Positions 35,469 through 42,988 of a stretch of DNA of 50,746 nt are shown piece after piece. The stretch spans positions 1-50,746 of the IMG/VR virus record IMGVR_UViG_3300048998_000054; one strand, written 5' to 3'. Below the pieces are notes generated by a model. It worked only from the letters and a program-made list of their open reading frames with translations. It had not been told where the DNA came from and searched no databases. Every line of letters starts with the position of its first letter. The stretch's first letter is position 1. The translations under genes were made by a program, and so were the position numbers. Origin of the DNA: a virus (Duplodnaviria; Caudoviricetes).

Positions 35469-35639
35469 ATGTCAGCAGCCTACAACATAGCAAATTCGGA
35501 TTTTGTATTTGACCAAGTGGTAGAAGCTTACCCAGAAGTGCCGCAAGAAGAAATACACGCATGGATGGACATGGCAGAGCAAGACGGTGAAGTTTCTTTG
35601 GCTGCGTGGCAAGAATACTACAAAGCAACCGGCAATTAA
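35469..35639 (+). CDS. Small acidic protein (56 aa)
   Basis: GGAG RBS; 11 Asp/Glu versus 1 Lys and no Arg. Confidence 0.7.
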   Translation: MSAAYNIANSDFVFDQVVEAYPEVPQEEIHAWMDMAEQDGEVSLAAWQEYYKATGN

Positions 35640-35644
35640 AAATA

Positions 35645-35697
35645 TTCTGAAGATTGTGAAAATAATTCTTGCAATCTTCAGAAACCTGAACAAAAAT
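35645..35697 (+). promoter_or_regulatory. 12-bp inverted repeat overlapping a promoter-like element
   Basis: TTCTGAAGATTG(35645-56)/CAATCTTCAGAA(35672-83); TTGCAA-17-AAAAAT. Confidence 0.5.
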
Positions 35698-35758
35698 TCT
35701 TTCAAGCCGGTTGGGTAACTGGCTCAGTTTTCTAAACTTAACTTCACGGAGAAACATC

Positions 35759-35980
35759 ATGGCACAAGCAACTTTCGCAGCAAACGCAAAAATCAAACTG
35801 GTCGTTGAGGCTAACCCTAAACGTAAAGGCACGGACGCTGCAAAGCGCTTCCGCCTGTACAGCAAGGTCGCCACTGTTGAACAGTTCCTGGAAAAAGGCG
35901 GCACACGCGCCGACCTCGCATGGGACACCGCTCGCGGCTTTGTAAAAGTTCTGGCAGCGCGCAAAGCGAAGGCGAACTAA
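35759..35980 (+). CDS. Small basic protein (NPKR...WD domain, copy 1)
   Basis: GGAG RBS; 73 aa; paralogous to the C-terminus of 38119..38952. Confidence 0.8.
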   Translation: MAQATFAANAKIKLVVEANPKRKGTDAAKRFRLYSKVATVEQFLEKGGTRADLAWDTARGFVKVLAARKAKAN

Positions 35981-36180
35981 TGCGTCCGGCTGGCACGACG
36001 CACGAGCTGCCAGCGAGCCCCACTTCGTTTGATAAAAGACCATCTTACATGAAGTGGGGTTACGACTTTACCGGCCCTGAAAGCGGCGAAGTGTATTACT
36101 GCTGGTGGCATTGGCATCAAGGCGCGTGGCATAAAGATCGCAGTTTCTGCGACAGATTCAAACAACTTGTCAGGGTTTAA
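35980..36180 (+). CDS. Hypothetical Trp-rich protein
   Basis: TAATG coupling; fills the gap to the next gene. Confidence 0.5.
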   Translation: MRPAGTTHELPASPTSFDKRPSYMKWGYDFTGPESGEVYYCWWHWHQGAWHKDRSFCDRFKQLVRV

Positions 36181-36181
36181 C

Positions 36182-36910
36182 ATGGACGACAAAGTAATTG
36201 CCAAGATTCGCAAACTGCTCGCAGTCGCTAATGGCAGCGCAGCAGGCGGCGAACATGAACGTGATACAGCCATGCGCATGGCGCTGGGCCTGTTGGCTAA
36301 ATATAATCTGGACATGGCCGACCTGAGCGAACCGCAAGAAATTCGCGGCAAAGACAACACTCTTGAGCTGCACGCCACTCCGTGGATGCGCTGGGTCGGG
36401 GATTCTGTAGCGAAGCTTTTCTTCTGTTTCTGTTACACTAGCACCAGCTACGGCAAAACTAACAGAAGGCGTTATTCATTTATAGGTTTGAGAAGCAACG
36501 TAGAGACCGCCAAGGCCATTACAGAATACGTAGTGCGCAGTATTGAACGTGAAGGAACTCGCCGCATGAAAGAAGGCGGCCATTCAGCAGCGTGGGCCAA
36601 CAGCTTCCGCAAGGGCGCTGCTTTGCGCATAGGCAGTCGCTGCACAGCGCTGCGCAAACAGGCTGAATTAGAACAAGCGCCGGTAAGTGGAGAGCGCGGC
36701 ATAGTACTTGCCAGCGTATATAAACAGAATGAATTAGCCAATCAAAAGTGGCTGGACGACATGGGCATAGAAGTTAATTTCATGCCAGACCGTACTCAAG
36801 ATCCACTGCAAAGCGGGCTGCGTGCCGGGGCAGAATTTGGGGATAAAATCAATCTGCACCGCCAGCTTGACGCAGATGGCAAACAGCAAGACGCATTGAG
36901 ATTGAAATGA
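36182..36910 (+). CDS. DUF2786-domain protein
   Basis: KVIAKIRKLLAVA...EHERDTAMRMALGLLAKYNL; NSFRKGAA. Confidence 0.75.
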   Translation: MDDKVIAKIRKLLAVANGSAAGGEHERDTAMRMALGLLAKYNLDMADLSEPQEIRGKDNTLELHATPWMRWVGDSVAKLFFCFCYTSTSYGKTNRRRYSFIGLRSNVETAKAITEYVVRSIEREGTRRMKEGGHSAAWANSFRKGAALRIGSRCTALRKQAELEQAPVSGERGIVLASVYKQNELANQKWLDDMGIEVNFMPDRTQDPLQSGLRAGAEFGDKINLHRQLDADGKQQDALRLK

Positions 36911-37155
36911 GTACACCTACCCGCCAAGGTTTATCCTGGAGCCCTAAAGAGGCGGCCATACTGGGAGCACGCTGGGCAAGCGGCTACACCGTGCCAGAGT
37001 TGGCCCAGTTGCACAAGCGCAGCTACCGGGCCATTGTCATGCAGTTGGAGAATTTGCTAGGCCCGGAATGGCGGGACTGGAACAGGCCACTTACTGAAAA
37101 AGTGGAGCAGCTTGAAGCAAAGCTGTTTACAATTTTAGAGCGTCAAGTTTTGTAA
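36907..37155 (+). CDS. Small HTH-like protein
   Basis: GLSWSPKE...TVPELAQLHKRSYRAIVMQL. Confidence 0.6.
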   Translation: MSTPTRQGLSWSPKEAAILGARWASGYTVPELAQLHKRSYRAIVMQLENLLGPEWRDWNRPLTEKVEQLEAKLFTILERQVL

Positions 37156-37202
37156 CACGGCCGGAGGGACGACCCCTCTATACAACTGAAGGAGCAGTAA
37201 AG

Positions 37203-37967
37203 ATGAAACAAGTAATTAAATCAACCCTGTTGGTAACGCTGTTGGCGTGCGCATTGAGTGCGCAGGCAACTAATTTCGGCGACACCAATACGACAAACAA
37301 CACCACGAACACCACGAACACCACCAATCAAGGTGGTGCTGGCGGTGCGGGTGGCAGCGCAAATTCCCTGAATACCAACTCTGCTAACGTGCTGGGGTCA
37401 GGCAACTCCAATACCGATGTCAGCAGCAAGAACTACAACACCAATACTGCCGCCCAGCAGCAAACTTCCAAAAGCAACGCGCAGCAAAGCCAAACTCAGC
37501 AAGCCAACAACTCCGGCGTTACAACTTCCGTTGCCGTGCAAGGTGACAGCGTAACGTACGAAGCGCAGAAGCGTGACCCTGTAGCTACGGCATACAGCAA
37601 TCTCGCTGCTCCGTCCGCGCCTTGCATGGGCTCGTCCAGCGGCGGTGTGCAAACCGTGGCAGTTGGCGTGTCGTTCGGCACTACTTGGACATCGGAAGGT
37701 TGTAACGACCGTGAAGATATCCGTGTGGCGTCGTTGTACGGTGACAAGGATGTAGCTGAGCAGATGATTGTTGACAAAATCAAAGGCTACGCCGCCGCCA
37801 AGGAAAAAGTTGAAGCCCGCCGTGCGCAGCAGGCCAAAACGGCTCCAAAAGTGAGCCAATTGACGCCCGTAACCCCGCCGCTGACACTGCCAGCCGGTGC
37901 AGCAGGCCGCAGCAGCCGTTACAGCGAAGCCGAAGTGGCCGCAGCTAAAGCGTCTTTGGGCCTGTAA
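37203..37967 (+). CDS. Exported protein with signal peptide and Asn/Thr/Gln-rich region
   Basis: MKQVIKSTLLVTLLACALSAQA (AxA cleavage site); low-complexity N/T/Q segment; paired Cys; AAGGAG RBS. Confidence 0.75.
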   Translation: MKQVIKSTLLVTLLACALSAQATNFGDTNTTNNTTNTTNTTNQGGAGGAGGSANSLNTNSANVLGSGNSNTDVSSKNYNTNTAAQQQTSKSNAQQSQTQQANNSGVTTSVAVQGDSVTYEAQKRDPVATAYSNLAAPSAPCMGSSSGGVQTVAVGVSFGTTWTSEGCNDREDIRVASLYGDKDVAEQMIVDKIKGYAAAKEKVEARRAQQAKTAPKVSQLTPVTPPLTLPAGAAGRSSRYSEAEVAAAKASLGL

Positions 37968-38036
37968 GTTTTGTAAGCGGCCTGCCTTAGCAACGTGGGC
38001 CGCTGCAAATATTTTCGACAGAACGATAAAAAGTGC

Positions 38037-38065
38037 TTGCGCTCTGTAAAAACGTCCGGCATAAT
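38037..38065 (+). promoter_or_regulatory. Sigma70-like promoter, repeat copy 2
   Basis: TTGCGC-17 nt-CATAAT; flanks AAAGTGCTTGCGCTCT and ATAATTCG shared with copy 1. Confidence 0.65.
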
Positions 38066-38118
38066 TCGGTTCATGGTTGATTGGTAATCAGCCTCGGGTA
38101 AATCACACGGAGAATGAA

Positions 38119-38952
38119 ATGAACGCCAAACAGTTTGCAGCAGCCCGCAAGGGAATCATAGAACACTTCGGCAAAGATGTTGCTGAGGGCAAGGAAACGA
38201 AAGAGTATTTGTCAGCAATCGCGCCGTTAGCGAAGTATGCCAAGATGGATAAGAGCCGTATTACGGCCTCCATTACCGCAGACTGGATTGCAGCAAACCC
38301 GGATTGGAAAGCAGCAGCGAAGAAAGTAGTGGCGCTGCCGCAGCCGGCCAACCCAGATCATGCAGTGTTTTGCGATGCCGAGCGTCGTACCTGTATTCGT
38401 GTTTCGGTTGACCGCAAATTTATTCGCTACATCCCTATGGATACAAGCCTGCATGTAGCGAAGGCAACGCACATGGAGTTCGAACAGCGTTACACGAACC
38501 ACATGAAAGATTATCCAGTCAAGCAGGCAGCACAGATGTATCTAGGTGCCAATTGGCTGGAGGCATCACCTGAAGCAAAGCGGCACCTAGAGTTTTTGAT
38601 CAGCGGCAAATTTAAAGATGCAGTTAAACCCCTCAATTTTGAAGACAAGGAATCTATCATGGCAACCGGCAAACCAGCAGTCAAAGCAGCAAAAAAAGTA
38701 GCAGCCCCTAAACCAGCGGCCAAAGCTGCAAAAGTATCGGCACCGAAAGCGGCAGCCAAAGAAGCGAAAGTCGCAGGTCCGGACAACCGCAAAATCACCG
38801 TGCTCGTTGGCGAAAACCCAAAGCGTGGCTCGGCGGCTGAACGTTTCGACCTGTACAAGAAAAATGCAACAGTCGATAAATATGTCGCAGCTGGCGGCAA
38901 GAAGGAAGACATCGGCTGGGACGTCAAAAAAGGCTTCATCTCCGTTGCCTAA
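38119..38952 (+). CDS. Protein with Lys/Ala-rich histone-H1-like linker and C-terminal NPKR...WD domain
   Basis: GGAG RBS; KPAVKAAKKVAAPKPAAKAAK linker; C-terminus paralogous to 35759..35980. Confidence 0.8.
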   Translation: MNAKQFAAARKGIIEHFGKDVAEGKETKEYLSAIAPLAKYAKMDKSRITASITADWIAANPDWKAAAKKVVALPQPANPDHAVFCDAERRTCIRVSVDRKFIRYIPMDTSLHVAKATHMEFEQRYTNHMKDYPVKQAAQMYLGANWLEASPEAKRHLEFLISGKFKDAVKPLNFEDKESIMATGKPAVKAAKKVAAPKPAAKAAKVSAPKAAAKEAKVAGPDNRKITVLVGENPKRGSAAERFDLYKKNATVDKYVAAGGKKEDIGWDVKKGFISVA

Positions 38953-38985
38953 TAACTCAGTAACTGGGTAAGCAGTTAGCAAAAC

Positions 38986-39012
38986 ATTACACCCTCCAAG
39001 CGAGGGTGTAAT
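38986..39012 (+). terminator. 11-bp hairpin upstream of the glycosyltransferase (terminator or processing site)
   Basis: ATTACACCCTC-CAAGC-GAGGGTGTAAT; only a weak T tail. Confidence 0.45.
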
Positions 39013-39030
39013 CACTTCTGGGAGCGAAAA

Positions 39031-39843
39031 ATGAAACTTGGAATATACATCCCCAGCCGGGGCAGGGCAGGTGCAGTCCGCACTCTTGAGTCAATACCGC
39101 TGGCACGGCTGGCAGATACGTGGGTCGTCACCACTCATGGTGAGAGAAAGTCGTACCTTAAAGCAGCGGCCTATATGGGGGCTGGGCCGTCATTCATACA
39201 AGCCCCCACCACAGTCACGAACATCGGCACCAAGCGCGATTGGATGGTGAAGCACGCCATAAAGAACGGCTACACCCACATCGTCATGTTGGATGATGAC
39301 CTTATCTTTGCCAAACGCCGCAAGGACGACCCCACCAAACTGCTGCCGCAGACGGCCAAAGACAACGAGGCAATGTTTAAGGCCATAGAGAAGCAGTTTA
39401 AAACTCACGAGCATGTTGGCATCACGGCCCGTGATGGGGCCAACCGCCACACTGAGCCGGTAATGTACGCCACAAGGATGATGCGCGTGCTGGGCTACAA
39501 TCTGGATTTGTTCAAAGGTGCCAGCCTGTCATTCGCCCGCATACCGCTCATGGAGGACTTCGACGTCACTCTGCAGTTGCTACGCTGGGGGCACCCTAAT
39601 GCCGTACTGACAAACTTCACGAACGACCAAGGCAGCAGCAACGCGCCGGGCGGCTGTAGCCTGTACCGCACCCCGGCTTTGCAGGAGGAGGCCGCCAACA
39701 TGCTGGCTGCACACCATCCAAATTTCGTCAAGGTGGTCGCCAAACCGGACAAGGGCGGCTGGGGTGGCGAGCGTATAGACGTGCAGATTGCCTGGAAGAA
39801 AGCCCTCGCCAGCGCTGCGCAAGGAGACCTGCCATGGGAGTGA
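39031..39843 (+). CDS. GT-A fold glycosyltransferase, TAGT/GREB1-like (probable DNA base glycosyltransferase)
   Basis: IYIPSRGRA, IVMLDDDL (DxD), MEDFDVTLQLL, SNAPGGC; lies next to the hydroxymethylase. Confidence 0.8.
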   Translation: MKLGIYIPSRGRAGAVRTLESIPLARLADTWVVTTHGERKSYLKAAAYMGAGPSFIQAPTTVTNIGTKRDWMVKHAIKNGYTHIVMLDDDLIFAKRRKDDPTKLLPQTAKDNEAMFKAIEKQFKTHEHVGITARDGANRHTEPVMYATRMMRVLGYNLDLFKGASLSFARIPLMEDFDVTLQLLRWGHPNAVLTNFTNDQGSSNAPGGCSLYRTPALQEEAANMLAAHHPNFVKVVAKPDKGGWGGERIDVQIAWKKALASAAQGDLPWE

Positions 39844-40106
39844 GCGCTATACACAAAATAGAATGGCAGAGTGGCGCAGGGCACTGCACAAAACATGTCG
39901 ACTTAGATAAAGTAATAGCTGTGGAGCTGAGCGCAGACTATTCTATTCACATGGAGTTTGTCCTGGTCATTCACTTCCAACTTTGCGACTGCCCCGTAGT
40001 GCTAGGAGGCTATGCCAATAATGAGGTGAAGTCTAGCTTAATAGCTGCGCACCAAGCTTTGTTAAACGCATGGGAACTTAGAAAGGCTCAGTCATGTGGA
40101 CAGTAA
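39834..40106 (+). CDS. Hypothetical protein
   Basis: AAGGAG RBS; overlaps both neighbours. Confidence 0.55.
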   Translation: MGVSAIHKIEWQSGAGHCTKHVDLDKVIAVELSADYSIHMEFVLVIHFQLCDCPVVLGGYANNEVKSSLIAAHQALLNAWELRKAQSCGQ

Positions 40107-40309
40107 TCCTTGTGACTATGGCGTTCCAAGCAGGGCACCCGCCAGAAGTAATGAGTACTGAGGTTCTGCATGCTTATCAGTACGCATCTAAACCGGCTTG
40201 TGAGAAGGACATGCAGGCTCTGAATGTTGCCTCTGACATCACCGTAACACGCGGCCCTTACACTGTAACAACTCAGGGCTTTTGTACCAAAATTCTAAGG
40301 AGAAAGTAA
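40094..40309 (+). CDS. Small hypothetical protein with hydrophobic N-terminus
   Basis: MWTVILVTMAF...YASKPACE...GFCTK; coupled to the next gene. Confidence 0.6.
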   Translation: MWTVILVTMAFQAGHPPEVMSTEVLHAYQYASKPACEKDMQALNVASDITVTRGPYTVTTQGFCTKILRRK

Positions 40310-41385
40310 TGACTCATGTAATTAAAGCGCACAACGTTAATGACGCCTTGCCAACCGCGCTGTGGCACCTGCACACCAAGGGTGAGATTGATGACAGCCG
40401 CAATGGCCGGGTGCTGGTGTCACCTACCCCTGTAATTACGGAGTACGCACGCCCAGACCAGCGAGTGTTGTTTGCCGCCAGCCGGGACGCCAACCCGTTC
40501 TTTCACTTCTTTGAAAGTCTGTGGATGTTGGCAGGCCGTAACGATGTTGAATTTCCCGCGCACTTTGCGGCCAATATCGCCAGCTTCAGTGACGACGGAG
40601 AAACGATTGCAGGGGCTTATGGCGAACGCTGGCGCAAACATTTTGGGTACGATCAACTTAAAATGATCATAGGGGAGCTTAAAGCCAACCCTAAAACTCG
40701 CCGCTGCGTTCTTACCATGTGGAGCGCAGGCTACGACGATCCACATTTACGAGGGGTTGTGAAGCCCGGCAGCAACGGCGACCTGTGGCTGGCGATGAAC
40801 GGCGGCAAGGACGTGCCCTGCAACACGCAGTGCTACTTTGACACGCTGGGCGGCAAGCTGAATATGACCGTCACCTGCCGCAGCAACGACGCCATCTGGG
40901 GCTGCTACGGCGCGAACATGGTTCACTTCTCCATGCTGCTGGAATATGTGGCGTGCAGCACGGGCATCCCTATGGGCGTGTACCGGCAGTTCAGCAACAA
41001 CTTCCACATTTATGCAGACCGTCCAGATGTACAGCGCCTGCATGACACCGCTGGCGTGCCCGTAATTGGCGTAGATGACCGTTACGCTACGCAAGAGCTG
41101 GCCCCTTACCCTCTCATCATAAGCGGCGGCGCTGCTCAGTTTGACAACGATCTGGCTTATTTCTTCAGTGTTTGGCGCGCTGATGAAATGCAACCTACGT
41201 CGACGTTTATGTCATCATTTTTTGCTAATGTGGCAGCGCCTTTATGGAACTCGCACTTGGCCTACAAGTTGGGGGATTTTGAGATGGCGCGAAACATGCT
41301 GGGGCTGTGCGATGCCGACGATTGGGCTTTGGCCTGCCACGAGTGGTTGCAACGCCGTGAGGAGAAGCGCAATGCCAAGGCTTAA
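40309..41385 (+). CDS. Thymidylate-synthase-fold enzyme, probable dUMP hydroxymethylase
   Basis: SRNG, RDANPFFHFFESLWMLAGRND, SDDG..GAYG.RWR, DVPCN (catalytic Cys), RSNDAIWGCYGAN, NNFHIY; AAGGAG RBS. Confidence 0.85.
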   Translation: MTHVIKAHNVNDALPTALWHLHTKGEIDDSRNGRVLVSPTPVITEYARPDQRVLFAASRDANPFFHFFESLWMLAGRNDVEFPAHFAANIASFSDDGETIAGAYGERWRKHFGYDQLKMIIGELKANPKTRRCVLTMWSAGYDDPHLRGVVKPGSNGDLWLAMNGGKDVPCNTQCYFDTLGGKLNMTVTCRSNDAIWGCYGANMVHFSMLLEYVACSTGIPMGVYRQFSNNFHIYADRPDVQRLHDTAGVPVIGVDDRYATQELAPYPLIISGGAAQFDNDLAYFFSVWRADEMQPTSTFMSSFFANVAAPLWNSHLAYKLGDFEMARNMLGLCDADDWALACHEWLQRREEKRNAKA

Positions 41386-41899
41386 CCCAGAGACCGTCGC
41401 TTTTATCGAGCGTGGCGGCCGCACACTGCGTTGCCATACAATGCCAATGCTGCAGACTCAGTCCGTGGCGGCGCACAGCTATGGCGTTGCATGGTGGTGC
41501 CACTTGTTGAGCGGCGAGTCTGGAGCGTCTGCCAAGCTGCTTATGGCAGCCTTAAAGCATGACGTGGCAGAGCATGAAACGGGTGACGTGCCAAGCCCGA
41601 CCAAGGATGCATTGAAAATAAGAAGTCTGCTCAATGCTTACGAGGCGCGCTTGGAAGAGTCCGCTGGGCTGCCCGTGCTGCACCTAACTGGGAACGAGGA
41701 TCGTATTTTAAAACTCGCGGACAGTCTGGAGCTCATGCAACATTGTGTGCGGGAGCGTCGCTACGGCAACCGCCACGATGAAATTGCAGAGATGTTCGCC
41801 AATGTGCGGCGTTACGCAGACACTCTTCTGGTTGCGGCAATTGACCATGAAGCCTTTACACTTGTAGTAAAAAATTGGGAGAAAGTAAATGAGCGCTAA
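41372..41899 (+). CDS. HD-domain 5'-deoxynucleotidase (YfbR-like)
   Basis: QSVAAHSY, LKHDVAEHETGDVPSP, LKLADSLE; GAGGAG RBS before ATG 41372. Confidence 0.85.
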   Translation: MPRLNPETVAFIERGGRTLRCHTMPMLQTQSVAAHSYGVAWWCHLLSGESGASAKLLMAALKHDVAEHETGDVPSPTKDALKIRSLLNAYEARLEESAGLPVLHLTGNEDRILKLADSLELMQHCVRERRYGNRHDEIAEMFANVRRYADTLLVAAIDHEAFTLVVKNWEKVNER

Positions 41900-42308
41900 C
41901 AGCATTCAAGTAGGTGGAGAGCACTACAAATCGCAATTGCAGCACTGGGATTTTGCGGCCGCAAATTTTGGCCCCGGTTACTTCCGTGGCAACGCCACCA
42001 AGTACGTAACGCGCAGCCGCAAAAAGAGCGGCCTTGAGGACCTTAAGAAAGCCCGCCACTACGTGTGCAAAATGCTTGAAGTGAATTGGGAAGCTTTGGG
42101 CTGGTCCTTGGCGGGGGCAACCAGCCGGGTGTGCAGCACCACCATTAAGACCATTGACTTCTCTAAGGCGAATGAGCTGAACCCGTGGGAGGCCGATGTA
42201 ATTGAACGCATTAGCCGAGCTGCTGGAAACTTTGCGCTGGGGGAAGTGATTGTGATTTTGGACGCCAAGATTAAAGCGATGGAACTTGCAGCGCCTACAC
42301 TGCTCTAA
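41889..42308 (+). CDS. DUF3310-like protein
   Basis: QVGGEHYK..QHWDF..GNATKYVTR...GLEDLKKARHY. Confidence 0.8.
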   Translation: MSANSIQVGGEHYKSQLQHWDFAAANFGPGYFRGNATKYVTRSRKKSGLEDLKKARHYVCKMLEVNWEALGWSLAGATSRVCSTTIKTIDFSKANELNPWEADVIERISRAAGNFALGEVIVILDAKIKAMELAAPTLL

Positions 42309-42310
42309 AT

Positions 42311-42341
42311 AAAATTGCCCGGTAACTAGCCGGGCAATTTT
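42311..42341. terminator. Bidirectional intrinsic terminator between the converging arms
   Basis: AAAATTGCCCGG-TAACTAG-CCGGGCAATTTT perfect 12-bp inverted repeat between two convergent stop codons. Confidence 0.85.
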
Positions 42342-42602
42342 CTACTTACAACCTTCTACAGCTATCTCTAGCTGACCCTCGTACACCCTGCTACGAGCCC
42401 AGTCCCTCCCCACTGCAACCACAAGCACACCGTCAGGCGCGGTGTCTGGAAGGCTTTCCGTCTCGTAGGTTGGCCGCACTGGCACAGCCTTAATGCAGCT
42501 GACGGCTACGGCGGTTTTGTACTCCACAGGGGGTAGTTGCTTAGGGGCCAGCATGGCGCAGCCGGGCAGAGCCAAAAATGCGACGCAAAGAAGTTGCTTC
42601 AT
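42342..42602 (-). CDS. Outer-membrane spanin (lipoprotein)
   Basis: MKQLLCVAFLALPGC lipobox; Pro-rich; follows the i-spanin. Confidence 0.8.
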   Translation of the reverse strand: MKQLLCVAFLALPGCAMLAPKQLPPVEYKTAVAVSCIKAVPVRPTYETESLPDTAPDGVLVVAVGRDWARSRVYEGQLEIAVEGCK

Positions 42603-42988
42603 GGCCTTACCCCTTTCAAGATGCTGCGCAACGTTGGCATCGCTGCGTCGCAGGAAACCATCTTGCTGCTGTCAACTTTCTCAGCTTCTGACAGCGCATT
42701 GGCTGCCCGGCGCTGGTACGCTGCCACTTTAGCGGTGAGCAGCTGCACACGGGCCTCGGCGGCTTTCTTGGCGGTCTCCAAGGCCGCAATGCTGTCACTC
42801 TGCTCACTTAGTGCGGTGCGCTGGTTGGCCGTCACTGTTTGCTCGTCTGACAGAGCTTTCTCGGCTGTCAGTTGCGCAGTGTGGGCGGTCGTTGCATCTG
42901 TCCGCGCATCCCACCACTTGTAACTCAGCAGCGAGCAGCCGACTAACAGAAGGATAATCACGCCTTGGTAAAGTTTGTCGGTTATCAT
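42599..42988 (-). CDS. Inner-membrane spanin
   Basis: N-terminal TM helix plus Ala-rich coiled coil; follows the endolysin. Confidence 0.8.
   Translation of the reverse strand: MITDKLYQGVIILLLVGCSLLSYKWWDARTDATTAHTAQLTAEKALSDEQTVTANQRTALSEQSDSIAALETAKKAAEARVQLLTAKVAAYQRRAANALSEAEKVDSSKMVSCDAAMPTLRSILKGVRP

Noticed and set aside
20657-39030. Recurrent GGAGCAGTAA-like motif
   Set aside because: The copies I noticed sit just before start codons, so it is the preferred ribosome-binding context rather than a separate repeat system.
40309-41385. Ordinary ThyA or T4-type dCMP hydroxymethylase
   Set aside because: It has Asn rather than Asp at the specificity site, and PCN/RSND/DANPFFH signatures unlike canonical ThyA (PCH, RSxD..LG.PFN). 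Disfavoured but not excluded without an assay.
16119-42308. Integrase, repressor, tRNA genes or stop-codon reassignment
   Set aside because: None was recognised; genes tile densely under the standard code and no cloverleaf was evident in the gaps.
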